Source: an uncultured Acidobacteriaceae bacterium (GTDB lineage Bacteria; Acidobacteriota; Terriglobia; Terriglobales; Acidobacteriaceae). Taken from it: a DNA stretch of 64,000 nt. The notes beneath the pieces were generated by a model. It was not told the origin of the DNA. It was given only the letters and a program-made list of their open reading frames with translations, and ran no database searches. The stretch covers positions 87,980 to 151,979 of the forward strand of contig CAVYIR010000011.1 in NCBI GenBank assembly GCA_963768645.1, in the 5' to 3' direction. Both the position numbers and the translations under genes were made by a program. Below are positions 21,340-31,711 of this stretch, one piece after another (the first letter of the stretch is position 1; each line of letters opens with the position of its first letter).

Positions 21340-22929
21340 ATGGCAGATCACAACGACCCCAATGCGGTTAACCATATTTTTTCGGACATCGACTACAGCC
21401 CCGCGGATCTTTACGATTTATTCGGATGGCCCACGTCCAACGGTAACAATGTCGTGTTTGCGTTGACCTTTGCCTCGGCGCCAGCAGCCGGGGTGCTGGA
21501 CAGTGATCTGCTCTATCGTCTGTTGCTGACCTCCCATCCGAGAGCGGCGTGGCCGGACGCAGACGAAGTTAGCCTGGAGTCGGTGCTACGCTATTTTGAC
21601 GCCGTCAAGGACAAGTATCTGGGCGAGCTGAAAACGGCGGAAATCCGGGTCACCGTGGAGACGCCGAGTCGCGTCATGGTCAAGTTTCTGGGCTTCCCTT
21701 GCGGCAATTTCTCGGCGGTCGTAGAGGCGAACAAAGTCGCCGCCATTCCCACTCCGGACGGCCAAACGATCCAGGCGTTTATCGGCGGGCGCGACGACGC
21801 CTTTTTTAACGACTTGACGGGGTTTTTCCGCTCCATCAACTACGCGCCGCAGTTCTATCACGTTCCGCACACCATGACGGAAGCGCGCGAATTGCCGATC
21901 CCCAAGACCCTCCTCGAGCTGGAGGGCAACGACTTATTCAATTACCGGCCGGACATGCCCGACTGGGGCGTCACCCAGCCTGACGGCACAACCCCGAAAC
22001 TTGACCTGCCGCCGGGACCATGGACCTGGAATGGCGACAAATTCAAGAAGGACGCCAAAGGCAATTTCCGTTTCGTCTACGATGGCCGGGACTGCCGTGC
22101 GGGACAGAACTGCAATGCAATCGTCCTGGAAATGCCGCATTCCTTTATTACGCCCGCGACGGCAGAGAACCGCCTAGTCAACGCTTGGGGCGAGAGTTGG
22201 GTGCGCAAGGCGGCTCACAAAGTCGAGAGCATCCCCGACGACCCCTCCTGGCTGAAGCAGCCCTGGAAGGCGGTCCGGAATAAGGAGTTAGGCGACGAGG
22301 AACTGAGCAAATACAAACTGGTCGATACCGACGGCCAGCCCTTTGCCGACGCTGCCTTGAGCGAACGCGAGGACGACCGCCAGTTAGGTGCCAACAACTT
22401 CTGGCTGGGACCGCATTTCATCAAGCGCCTAGCTCACCTGGGCTGGGGCTTCGGCCCCTCCATCAGTGCCCTGGGACTGAAGACCTCCTTCGACCACAAC
22501 AACTCGCCGGTCTCCGTGTACAAGACCTACGATTTGGTAGCCACAGCATTTCCTCGCGTAGCTAAAACGCTCTTCCAGAAGCTGAACATGCCGGATTCCT
22601 CCTGGAACCCCAAGGGCTTGCCCATTCCGTTGCGGCGTCCATTTGAGATTTTCATCCCCAACGTTTGCGCCGTGGATATGGATACCAGCGGCACCTGGCC
22701 CTTTGGGCGCCGCCTGGAAGACCAAGTGGCAACACGCTTCCTTTCGATGTTCCTCGATATGGAGGCCGAATGGAACGGCAAGAAATACCACATTGATCTG
22801 CTCGGCGATCAGGCTCTGTGGGACAGCGCTCCCATCGTCCCGAAGACCCCGCCCAATCCGCTGAAGAACGACAAGGACTTCCTGGATCAATTCCCCTTTT
22901 TAGCGGAACCGTGGCCGGAGAAATGGTAA
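21340..22929 (+). CDS. DUF4331-like protein without a signal peptide
   Basis: N-terminus ADHNDPNAV...SPADLYDLFGW and IGGRDDAFFNDL resemble the SDHxDxP...ADxxDxYxF and GxRDDPFFxD signatures I recall for DUF4331. A GGAGG site precedes the ATG, and in-frame stops upstream exclude a longer leader. Confidence 0.6.
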   Translation: MADHNDPNAVNHIFSDIDYSPADLYDLFGWPTSNGNNVVFALTFASAPAAGVLDSDLLYRLLLTSHPRAAWPDADEVSLESVLRYFDAVKDKYLGELKTAEIRVTVETPSRVMVKFLGFPCGNFSAVVEANKVAAIPTPDGQTIQAFIGGRDDAFFNDLTGFFRSINYAPQFYHVPHTMTEARELPIPKTLLELEGNDLFNYRPDMPDWGVTQPDGTTPKLDLPPGPWTWNGDKFKKDAKGNFRFVYDGRDCRAGQNCNAIVLEMPHSFITPATAENRLVNAWGESWVRKAAHKVESIPDDPSWLKQPWKAVRNKELGDEELSKYKLVDTDGQPFADAALSEREDDRQLGANNFWLGPHFIKRLAHLGWGFGPSISALGLKTSFDHNNSPVSVYKTYDLVATAFPRVAKTLFQKLNMPDSSWNPKGLPIPLRRPFEIFIPNVCAVDMDTSGTWPFGRRLEDQVATRFLSMFLDMEAEWNGKKYHIDLLGDQALWDSAPIVPKTPPNPLKNDKDFLDQFPFLAEPWPEKW

Positions 22930-24137
22930 GCGCAATGACCGGCCAAACCGTTCCGCGCGCAACACAGCTCGCGGGATATACGGAGGAGTTGGCGCGAGCT
23001 GAAATAGACATTGCCAAACTGGAATCGCGACGGCAACGTCATCCCGGCGATTTGGAAAAGCGGGTGCGCCTCGCCTACCGGTTGTTTCATCGCGCTTCGC
23101 TTACCGGCAGCATGGCCCAGTTCGAAGCGGTGGAAGCGGCGATCCTGGAGACCATCCACGAGTTCGGCCCTAAGGAAGATCTGTGCCTTCTCAAGGCCAA
23201 CCTGGATTTTCGCTTTCACCGCCTGGCCGAAGTCCGGCGCGATCTGCAAATGTGTCCCCTGCTCGCCGGACGGCTTGAAGGGCGCGTGCTGCTGGCGGAT
23301 CTCGACTTTCAGGAGGGCCGCTACGAACCGGCTCGGCTGGGATTCGAGCGGCTCATCGAGGAAGACCGCACCTGGGACAACTTGGCGCGGCTAGCCCACT
23401 GGAAGAGCAAACTGGGTGACATTGCCGAGGCCGACCAGTTATACGAAGAGGCGGAGGACAATCTCACCGCCAAACAGATGCGATCCTACGCGTGGTTGAA
23501 ATTGCAGCGCGGAGTGCTGGCCTTCACACATGGCCGCTACGCGGACGCGTGGATGCATTACCGGCGGGCGGACGAGGCCTATCCCTCCCACTGGCACACG
23601 GACGAGCATTTCGCCGAACTGCTGGCGGCGGAAGGGAGGTTCGAAGAGGCCGAAGCGTTGTTTCAAAAGGTCATTGCGTGCGCGCCCAAGCCGGAGTTGC
23701 AACAAGCGCTCGGCGAACTCTATTTGTTTACCGGCCGGCCCCAAAAGGCGCAGCCTTGGCTCGACAGTGCCTTGGCCACGTATTTGGAATCGGTGCGGCG
23801 CGGCGGAGTGCATTATTTTCACCATCTCGCCGATTTCTACGCTGACGCCCGGGACGAGCCCTCCGAAGCTGTGCGGTGGGCACGTAAGGATGTCGAAATG
23901 CGGTCAAACTTTTCGACGCAGGCGGCGATGGCTTGGGCTCTGTACCGCGACGGCCAACTTTCCGAGGCTCTCAAATACGTCCGTCTAGCGCTGTCCTCGG
24001 GTGTGCGGGACGCCGGAATCTTCTCGTCAGCCGCGACGTTATTCGAAGCTGCCGGAGAAACCGCCGAGAGCCAGAGCTACGCTCAGGCGGCTTTGCAGGT
24101 CAATTCGAAGCATCATGATTTCCACATGCACCACTGA
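22923..24137 (+). CDS. TPR-repeat protein with C-terminal His-rich tail (HHDFHMHH)
   Basis: Start Met (MVSAMTGQ) overlaps the upstream stop (ATGGTAA). Helical TPR-like repeats run throughout. The protein ends ...AALQVNSKHHDFHMHH*. Confidence 0.7.
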   Translation: MVSAMTGQTVPRATQLAGYTEELARAEIDIAKLESRRQRHPGDLEKRVRLAYRLFHRASLTGSMAQFEAVEAAILETIHEFGPKEDLCLLKANLDFRFHRLAEVRRDLQMCPLLAGRLEGRVLLADLDFQEGRYEPARLGFERLIEEDRTWDNLARLAHWKSKLGDIAEADQLYEEAEDNLTAKQMRSYAWLKLQRGVLAFTHGRYADAWMHYRRADEAYPSHWHTDEHFAELLAAEGRFEEAEALFQKVIACAPKPELQQALGELYLFTGRPQKAQPWLDSALATYLESVRRGGVHYFHHLADFYADARDEPSEAVRWARKDVEMRSNFSTQAAMAWALYRDGQLSEALKYVRLALSSGVRDAGIFSSAATLFEAAGETAESQSYAQAALQVNSKHHDFHMHH

Positions 24138-24585
24138 TACCCTGTGAAGCTACTGGTGAGGGAATTTCTCAAGACGTTTGCCTGCTCAAGGGAGGATCTG
24201 AGATATGTAGTCCGACTGCGAGTACGTGGCGGTGGGTTCCGGCGCGGGTGACGGCACGGTACTCTCACATTCACCGCACCCCCTCTGCTTGAGAGCAATG
24301 CTGGTCAAAGCACATTAGATAAGGTAGGCTTCGCATTCCCACGCCACAGAGGTATGCTAGTCACTGCGAAATGACCATCTCCTCAATAGAGTTCAGGATG
24401 AGCCTGCCTGATAAAGACGACTTCTGCCACATATTATTTCTGTCTCTTACGAGGCAGACAGCGCTCGAACAATCGGAATCAGTCGAAGTTATTCCCCAGC
24501 AGTGCGCCGTCGAGATATCGACCGGGATCGCGAGTTGCAAATAACCACACAACGCTAAGAACGGTTCCCTGCCGGGGAACAGCTC

Positions 24586-25353
24586 TTAGTTCTGAGAGGC
24601 AGCCACAGCCGCGGAATTTGTTGCGCGCTGGACAACTCGCTCGAATGCTTTCTTGTGGTCAAAGGAGCTGTGCAGATCCAAGTCGTCAAGATTGTGCCCT
24701 ATTTGGGCCAGATGATCAGCTGGCCAAGGTGGTTCAACCAGTTCGGTCGGCCACCTCGCGGAATTCAAGCTCACCACTCCGTCATTCGTTTTCTCGTCGT
24801 CGGTCCGGCCTCGCGATTTAATGAATTCATAGGTAGCCAACAGCGCCAGCGAGATGTGGCCACATCCGAAGTATGAGAGGTAGCGCACGTGGGGCAGGTC
24901 GGGATTTTCCTGATTGAATCTTACCGCAGCGGTTGCGGTGAGATCATCCAGCGCTCCGCTTTCGACGGACGAGAAACGGTCGAGCACGGCCCTTACGGGT
25001 CGGGCATCAATTCCTGGGATCAGTCCCAAGACCAGATCCGCTACCGGACTACCCCGATGAGGCGTGGAAACGGTGGAAAGAGAGACTATGCGGTCTGCGA
25101 GGCCAAGCAGATTGTTGGAAAGTAAAAATCGAGAATCCAGGCCTCCCATACTATGTGCGATGATGTGTATCTCGCCTGTGGGAAAGCGTTCCTTGATTTG
25201 CTGGGCGAGCACTGGCGCGCGATCACGAACCCGCCCGTCCACTGCCACCTTGGGGAAAAGCGCCTCAGGGTACTGCGCTGGTAAGTTGCGAAAATAATCA
25301 ATTGCCAGAACTCTCTGTGGCGCTAGGAAACCGCTTGCAAAAACCAGGTTCAT
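24586..25353 (-). CDS. alpha/beta-hydrolase lipase/esterase
   Basis: 255 aa with nucleophile elbow IIAHSMGGLDSRF, typical of small bacterial lipases; there is no obvious signal peptide. Confidence 0.7.
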   Translation of the reverse strand: MNLVFASGFLAPQRVLAIDYFRNLPAQYPEALFPKVAVDGRVRDRAPVLAQQIKERFPTGEIHIIAHSMGGLDSRFLLSNNLLGLADRIVSLSTVSTPHRGSPVADLVLGLIPGIDARPVRAVLDRFSSVESGALDDLTATAAVRFNQENPDLPHVRYLSYFGCGHISLALLATYEFIKSRGRTDDEKTNDGVVSLNSARWPTELVEPPWPADHLAQIGHNLDDLDLHSSFDHKKAFERVVQRATNSAAVAASQN

Positions 25354-25421
25354 AAAACATTCTCCTCGGGTAAGCCGTTCTCGTTCTTGCGCGGAAGGAC
25401 TGGCATTGCATCACCCGTCAT

Positions 25422-25604
25422 CTAGTGATGTACGTGCAAACTTTTGCACTGCGGGTTGAGTTCCGCGGCCAATTCCAGATAGTGCCTTGCTTGGTCAGCT
25501 CCGCCAACAGCGGTGTATATCTTCGTCGCTTGCAGGATCAGCGCGGGCTCACTTCTCCGGTACAACCCGAATTCCAATAGGAGTCGAAGGCGAACGCCGC
25601 TCAA
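25422..25604 (-). pseudogene. possible C-terminal remnant of a second TPR/HxHH-tail gene
   Basis: 60-codon ORF (TTG start with a stop immediately upstream) ending ...ARHYLELAAELNPQCKSLHVHH*. This parallels the end of the gene at 22923-24137 (...SQSYAQAALQVNSKHHDFHMHH*). No N-terminal part is present. Confidence 0.35.
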
Positions 25605-25976
25605 CCTTCAACCCCGGAGCTGCGAGGTTCGGTTCGGCCGGGCAGAATCAAAATACATCAGAATAAAACGATGTCAAGGAAAAACGGCCGCGTTTCGCCA
25701 AAGACTCACACGATCGCCGATCGATTCAACGTGAATCATCCAGAGTCCTCCGCGCTCACGCGTGCGGCGTTCTCACGCGGCGCAGCATTCATAAGGGTGA
25801 TGCAGTCCACCGACCTCAGAGATGGCAATGATCTTTCCTCAAGATTGATGAACTAAAAGCGACATTCTAGCTTGATTCGAACAGGAGGAACATGATGTAG
25901 AGAACATGAGGTAGAGAAGGCCGACAATTTATCGATGTGCTTGCCTACGCGCTCAGAGAAGCAGGAGATTCCAGGG

Positions 25977-27491
25977 ATGCCTAAACGCTCATTGATGCTC
26001 GCGGGAGGAGGCCTCAAGATCGCTTTCCAAGCCGGCGTGCTACAGGTCTGGCTGGACGAAGCTGGACTTGAGTTCAATCACGCCGATGCTGTCAGTGCCG
26101 CTTGCTTTAATCTCGCGATGTGGACGCAGGGAATGAGCGGGACGCGGATTGCCGATAACTGGCGAAACCTCGATCCGGTCGCCGGCGTCGACCTAAACTG
26201 GCCACAACTTGCCAGGCTGTTGTACGCTGAGTCGCTATTCGATCTTGACAAGTACCGTACCAAAGTTTTTCCGTCATGGGGACTCGACTTTGAGAAGATC
26301 CGCGCCAGCCAGCGCGAGGCCACATTCAATGTTTACAACTTTTCAAAACACGAACTCCGTCCTGTTCCGACGCCGGAACTAACGGAGGACTTTCTCGTGG
26401 CCACTGGGTCGCTTTCGATCTGGTTACCGCCGGTGCGAATCGGCGGCGACACATATATCGATGCAATCTTCAACACGCCAACTAATATCGAGGAAGCAAT
26501 TCGCCGGGGATCGGATGAGCTGTGGATCATCTGGACTACAAGCCAGCGTGGCGAGTGGTTCGACGGGTTCGTCGGCGGTTTCTTTGGCATTTTCGAAGCG
26601 GCCACTAATCACGCATACAAGCAGAGCCTGGCGCGTATTGCAAGTAACAACGACGCGATTGCGCAGGGAAGAGATGGCGAGTACGGACGCGTGATCACCG
26701 TACGCGAAATAAAAGCTGAAGTGCCGGTACACTATCTTCTGAACTTTAGCCGCGATCGTGCCAGGGAAGCCGTAAATCGCGGTGTCGAAGCGGCGCGCGC
26801 CTGGTGCGATAAGCAGGGCATTCCACGTGGCAGTGCTATTCCGGATACAACTCAAACCGGGAGCGCGATAACTGGTCTGCGCTTCAGCGAAACCCTGAAA
26901 GGGTACGTTACGTTTGGCGCGGAAGACTACCAACAAGGATTTGAGCACGGACGAGAGCAGAACGGCCGCATTGAGGTGGAGTTGCATACGCACGTCGAAG
27001 ATGTGGATCAGTTTATTACTATGCCGGAGCACGCAGCGCGGGTGGAAGGTTCGGTCGTCTGCGAAAAACTGGGCGGAAAGAGTGAGTTCGACCGGGGTAC
27101 ATTTCAATTGTTTGTGGATCAAGGAGACCCAGCCCGCAAGAAAGTAATCTACGAATGTGTGTTTCGCGACCCAAATGGCGGTTTATACACGCTGTACGGG
27201 TTCAGGGACCTGCATGCGCACTCTGAACATGAGACAACGGGCGATCCTGCGGTTCTGTTCGTCGCCGTCTTGGCAGGAGACGCCCCATACGGGCAGGACG
27301 GACGCCCGGCACTCGCAATGGGTCTGTTGCGCGCCGGGACAATTGACTTTCTTAAGCATATTGCGAGTTTTCAGGCTGAAGGAATTACCCTCACCGACCG
27401 CGCCCAGGCGTTGAGCCGATTCGGCGCGTTCTATTTAGGGCAGCTCTGGGATGTATACGCCCGCAATCTGCTTCCCTCCGCGCCGTTTTAA
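25977..27491 (+). CDS. patatin-like phospholipase domain protein with non-canonical nucleophile elbow
   Basis: Start at Met 25977 (AGGAG upstream). Oxyanion motif LAGGGLKIAFQAGVL; the expected GxSxG reads AVSAA; the Asp region is YIDAIFNT. A further ~250-aa C-terminal extension is of unknown fold. Confidence 0.7.
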   Translation: MPKRSLMLAGGGLKIAFQAGVLQVWLDEAGLEFNHADAVSAACFNLAMWTQGMSGTRIADNWRNLDPVAGVDLNWPQLARLLYAESLFDLDKYRTKVFPSWGLDFEKIRASQREATFNVYNFSKHELRPVPTPELTEDFLVATGSLSIWLPPVRIGGDTYIDAIFNTPTNIEEAIRRGSDELWIIWTTSQRGEWFDGFVGGFFGIFEAATNHAYKQSLARIASNNDAIAQGRDGEYGRVITVREIKAEVPVHYLLNFSRDRAREAVNRGVEAARAWCDKQGIPRGSAIPDTTQTGSAITGLRFSETLKGYVTFGAEDYQQGFEHGREQNGRIEVELHTHVEDVDQFITMPEHAARVEGSVVCEKLGGKSEFDRGTFQLFVDQGDPARKKVIYECVFRDPNGGLYTLYGFRDLHAHSEHETTGDPAVLFVAVLAGDAPYGQDGRPALAMGLLRAGTIDFLKHIASFQAEGITLTDRAQALSRFGAFYLGQLWDVYARNLLPSAPF

Positions 27492-27766
27492 TTGCGGCCA
27501 TAAATGAATTGCAGACGATGTCTTCGCACCCGCAGTCTCGACAACCGGAACGATGTGCGAAAATCGTGACTCGGACTGAATGCCCAACTGTGTCTTTATT
27601 CGCCATCTGCGAGAACTTCATGGTACGGCGGTTTGAGTGGCACTTCCTGACGCGAGCGCAGCGAGGGCCGGAAACTCCCGAATGGATTGTGCCTGTTGCC
27701 ACAACGCCAATTTGCTACGCTGACCGCGACACATGTTATCTTGTGCGGCAACTCAAAACCGCAATC

Positions 27767-28840
27767 TCAACGCACCTTATGTCCGTTCACACGCGTAGCG
27801 GTCGAGGGATCGTTCCGATCGTCGCGCCAAGTGGGATGGTTGAAGTGAATTACAAAATCGCCGTTATAGGAGACGACGGCGTTGTCGAAAGTCAGTTTGC
27901 CGATGCGACGCCAATTGCTGAAAGTGCGCAATTGCAAGACCGGGTTACCTCGCGTGGAGCCCTCGTCGGTCACTTCGATGCAGAAGGTGAGGGTGCGTTT
28001 CGGTGTGGCGTCGCCCCTGTCGAAAATCTGCGCCATGATTTCATCACGAAAATCTAATGCTTCTCCTTCAGTTCTGGGTTGGTCCGGCGCGACCAAAAGG
28101 CGCATAAACTCGGGACCTCTCGTGGGTTCACCCGGTGGCTTCCCAAGCTCAGCGATTTGGTAGAGTTGGCGATGCGAAGGCTCCTTATCGACGCGTTGAA
28201 AAACAGCACCCGTAAGCAGCAAGATCGGCACCCCACCACCGCGGCGCCAGGCATGGACATCGGGAGCGTTGCGAAGCTCCGCGTCGTTTATGTAGTCAGT
28301 ATGTTCTCCGGCAATGTCTTGCTGGGTAATAAAGCTGGCGCTACGTAACGGCTGTGGGTGGTTCACGTCCGTCGTGGGAAACAGCTTGCCCACCAGGGCC
28401 AGCGAACGAGAATGGCCGCGCCGGGTCTCGGTGCAACAAGTGGAGTACCGTCCCACCACTAGCGCCTGGCTTCCCTTACGGAAATAGCCGGAATACGGTG
28501 TCTCCTCCGTGATTTCCCACAAGCCGGTAAGACATACGCCGTTCGGATGAAGCAATCGCCGAAAACCCTTCCCGTCCGCGCCCCAGCGTAAATCCGCGTG
28601 AGAATCGACGGCTCGTTCAGTCGCCTCACGAAAAAGATAATGCTTTTGCAAGGACAGGAGGCCACGCAGAACGCTTGGCAACGTAACTTTATAGGTCGGC
28701 AATGCCGGCTGCCCGTCGCGCCCCCACACCTTTTGGTAGGGATTGGCGAAGAGAGCATCACGCACTTCAGAGAAGCGCGATCCGACATAGCTGAGATCTT
28801 CTTCGGTAACCGCTTCCGTCCCAAAGTACTCCTGTTCCAT
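27767..28840 (-). CDS. catalase-related (catalase-core-like) haem protein, ~357 aa
   Basis: Start trimmed to MEQEYFG (GGAGG upstream). FRRLLHPNGVCLTGLWEI resembles the catalase distal-His motif (RxxHxxGxxxxGxF) and VVGRYS resembles the catalase VRFS strand. The proximal ligand was not identified by eye. Confidence 0.45.
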   Translation of the reverse strand: MEQEYFGTEAVTEEDLSYVGSRFSEVRDALFANPYQKVWGRDGQPALPTYKVTLPSVLRGLLSLQKHYLFREATERAVDSHADLRWGADGKGFRRLLHPNGVCLTGLWEITEETPYSGYFRKGSQALVVGRYSTCCTETRRGHSRSLALVGKLFPTTDVNHPQPLRSASFITQQDIAGEHTDYINDAELRNAPDVHAWRRGGGVPILLLTGAVFQRVDKEPSHRQLYQIAELGKPPGEPTRGPEFMRLLVAPDQPRTEGEALDFRDEIMAQIFDRGDATPKRTLTFCIEVTDEGSTRGNPVLQLRTFSNWRRIGKLTFDNAVVSYNGDFVIHFNHPTWRDDRNDPSTATRVNGHKVR

Positions 28841-29309
28841 AGAGCCTCCATAGCAGGTAAAAAATGAACGTCCCTTCGACCCATCAATGTTAGTCAGGCT
28901 TCCAGGAGGACGTTTACGAAACACGCGATGCCTGACAATCCACCTTATACACTGTCGGCTTCCAAATCCATCCAGCAATCATGAATTCTTACGCGTTGGA
29001 GGGCACAGGCGTCTTGCAGCTAATTTTGGCCCACTCGTGCTGGCAATGCCTTCGCGACAGATGGCTTGACCTGCAGACTACCCAATAACGCCACAAATTC
29101 TGACTCGAGCTGCCGCTTACCGAATGCCGTCCCGTTGCACTTGAAACACCTCCATGGCCTCTTCCCGGTCGGTAACGCCTTGCTAGCGCACCGCACCCAA
29201 CTCGTCCCGCTCTCGACTTACGATCTCAGCGAGAAGGGCCGGGCTGGCTGCCTACCGTCTCACCAGGTCCCTGCATTACCCCTCTGAATTCCGTTTGTCC
29301 ATGCTGGAA

Positions 29310-29540
29310 ACGGCTCTTGTCACCGGATCGAGAAAAGAATGCCGTCAGCGCAGCTTGGGTTCATGGCGCCGAGCGCGAGGCGGGGAAGAAAATCTTCAAA
29401 CGGCTACCTGGAAGCGGGAGGGAACTTCATTGACACAGCCGACGGTTATCAGGCCGGATAGTTGGAGGAGTTGGGTGGGTGACTTCGTCGCCGCGCACCA
29501 CGACGATCTCGTGATGCCCTGCGAAACAATCTACTGGAAT
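29310..29540 (+). pseudogene. aldo-keto reductase N-terminal fragment
   Basis: Reads ...AQLGFMAPSARRGRKSSNGYLEAGGNFIDTADGYQAG*, then in another frame ELGG/DFVAAHHDDLVMP. This is the AKR pattern (a)GxNFIDTAxxYxxGxSEExxG...RDDLVxxTK, broken by a stop and a frame change, with no remainder of the gene. Confidence 0.45.
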
Positions 29541-29818
29541 TGTGTTGGCAGCTGGCTTGATTGAATCATAAAGAAGTTGTCAAAAGTTCGTAAGGGATTC
29601 ATAAAGGAGTAGCTCGCACCGAGGTGAGTTGTCTATATGTGAATGTCACTAACTAGATTCGACTTATGCTTTATGCTGGTCTTCAATTGATAAACCTTAT
29701 TGCGGCACATCAAACTATTCATAAGAGTCTTTATAGACTCTTTATGCTGTGTGCTCTATCCTTCGCTCACGAAGTCCGTACGCCTGTACAACAGACCGGC
29801 TTCGTTGGAGGTCGCGGG

Positions 29819-31711
29819 ATGTTTATGCTTTGCTGGGCTGAAGCGTTCACGATTGTTTTCACCATCCTCGCTGAGGTCGCAGATTCGGCCATGGGACGCC
29901 GCCTTGTTGCGCACCTCGAACAGCAGATGGCGAAGTTCCTCTCAGCACATCGTCGCGCGTCTGCGATGTCGTTGATTGGAATGCTTTTGATTTCAATTCC
30001 GCTCGCCGCCCAAGGGCCGAGTGCGCAACCGCCGGATCCGCCGTCGAGCGACACCGATGAGCAAATATCGCCTGCCGTCCAGAAGCAGCTCGATGCCATG
30101 CAAAAGAGCAACGAAGCCATGCAAAGGCGTATTGAGCAGCTGGAATCCCAGCTGAATAGTCGGACCGTTCAAGGACAACCGGGCGCGGACGTAGCCTATG
30201 CTTCGGTCCCCGAGCATTCTTTTGTTGAGCAAGCTTCGGGCCCGCAGACGCCAGCAGCCGTGAACGCACTGCAGAACGCTGCTCCCGAAACGAAGGGCAA
30301 ACCCGATCCATTTTCGTACGCCGACTGGACCTGGCTCAACGGCACTTCCCGCGTGAAGGATCTGCCATTTGACTCGAAATTCTTTACTCCGGAAATCAGA
30401 GTCGACACCTCGTTCATAGAGAGTTTCAACCATCCGCAAGACGACACCCTTGGCGGATCGACCGAGATCTTCCGGTCCAACGAAATCCAGTTGGACCAGA
30501 TCAGCTTTGGAGGCGACTTCCATTGGGACGATGTCCGTGCGCGCATTTTGACCATGAATGGACTGTTCGGCGTCACCACGCCGCGAAATGATGCCAGCGC
30601 TGGTCGCGGCCAATGGTCTCTTCGCGGCGCGTACCGCTACGTGTCGGAAGCATGGGGCGGGTACCACTGGAATGTGAACTATGGCCTGAATGTTGATGCT
30701 GGAATTTTCGTCTCCTATATCGGCCTGTTCAGTTACTACAACTTCGATAATTGGACCTACCAGCCATCGTATGTGTCGTCGAACACGCCATGGTTCTTTA
30801 ATGGCGTACGCATACAGTGGTTCCCCACCGAGAAACTTAAGATTGAGCCGTGGATCATCAACGGATGGCAATCGTATGGCAGGCTTGGTAGCAAGCCCGG
30901 CCTAGGTGGACAAATTCTGTGGCGGCCGAAGCCGTGGATGTCGATGGTTTTCAACAACTACGGAATGGGCGAAGATACGCTGGGCAACGGGTATGGTCAC
31001 TCTGGCCGCTCGCGCATACACACCGACGACAGCATCGAGATCAAATACTACGACAACCCTAATAAGTTCCTCGACAAGATGGCATTCTCCCTCACCGGCG
31101 ATCTGGGATGTGAATATGGCAATACGAACAGCGTCGTCCAAGGAGTGAATTGCTTCCACAATAAATACAATCCCAATGGGACTGTGAAAAGCTACAAGCA
31201 GACCTTTGCGGGTTGGATGGTCTACAACCGCTTTTGGTTCAAGAAGGACTTGTATGGTCTCACGCTTGGCGGCGGCGTGATGGACAATCCGGGACGCTAC
31301 CTGGTGCTGCTCCCGCCCATCGATGCAGCGGATGCGGTTTCCGGGTCACCCTACTTCACCCAGAATCCTGGGGATCCGTACAAAGCTTGGGACACCAGCA
31401 TCACCTTTGACTACATGCCCAAACAGTACATCACCTTCCGCGCGGAGTATGGCTATCGGCACTCGAACGTGCCGTATTGGACTGGTGCAGGAGGGATAAC
31501 GCCTCCCGGCGGAAACACCGGCTCGCCCAGCGTATTCGCGGGTGGGAATAGCGGCAGCCCCGGCCAAGTGGTGCCGGGAACGACATTTGTGCCAGGCCCG
31601 TTTTTATCAGCTACTCCTGGCTACACTTGTGTGGCAGGAGCGACAGGCTGGTGCCCCGACCTGCGGAAGGATGAACCCAGTCTGAGATTTGCCATTATGG
31701 TCATGTTCTAG
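29819..31711 (+). CDS. outer-membrane beta-barrel (porin-like) protein with N-terminal coiled coil
   Basis: ORF 29666-31711. The start is proposed at Met 29819 (GGAGG 7 nt upstream) because the paralog at 32148 shares the same N-terminal layout. That layout is a hydrophobic segment, AHLEQQMAKF-type helix, signal-like segment ending PLAAQG, then QKQLDAMQK...RIEQLESQL. The rest is Gly/Tyr/Asn/Trp-rich barrel. Confidence 0.6.
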   Translation: MFMLCWAEAFTIVFTILAEVADSAMGRRLVAHLEQQMAKFLSAHRRASAMSLIGMLLISIPLAAQGPSAQPPDPPSSDTDEQISPAVQKQLDAMQKSNEAMQRRIEQLESQLNSRTVQGQPGADVAYASVPEHSFVEQASGPQTPAAVNALQNAAPETKGKPDPFSYADWTWLNGTSRVKDLPFDSKFFTPEIRVDTSFIESFNHPQDDTLGGSTEIFRSNEIQLDQISFGGDFHWDDVRARILTMNGLFGVTTPRNDASAGRGQWSLRGAYRYVSEAWGGYHWNVNYGLNVDAGIFVSYIGLFSYYNFDNWTYQPSYVSSNTPWFFNGVRIQWFPTEKLKIEPWIINGWQSYGRLGSKPGLGGQILWRPKPWMSMVFNNYGMGEDTLGNGYGHSGRSRIHTDDSIEIKYYDNPNKFLDKMAFSLTGDLGCEYGNTNSVVQGVNCFHNKYNPNGTVKSYKQTFAGWMVYNRFWFKKDLYGLTLGGGVMDNPGRYLVLLPPIDAADAVSGSPYFTQNPGDPYKAWDTSITFDYMPKQYITFRAEYGYRHSNVPYWTGAGGITPPGGNTGSPSVFAGGNSGSPGQVVPGTTFVPGPFLSATPGYTCVAGATGWCPDLRKDEPSLRFAIMVMF

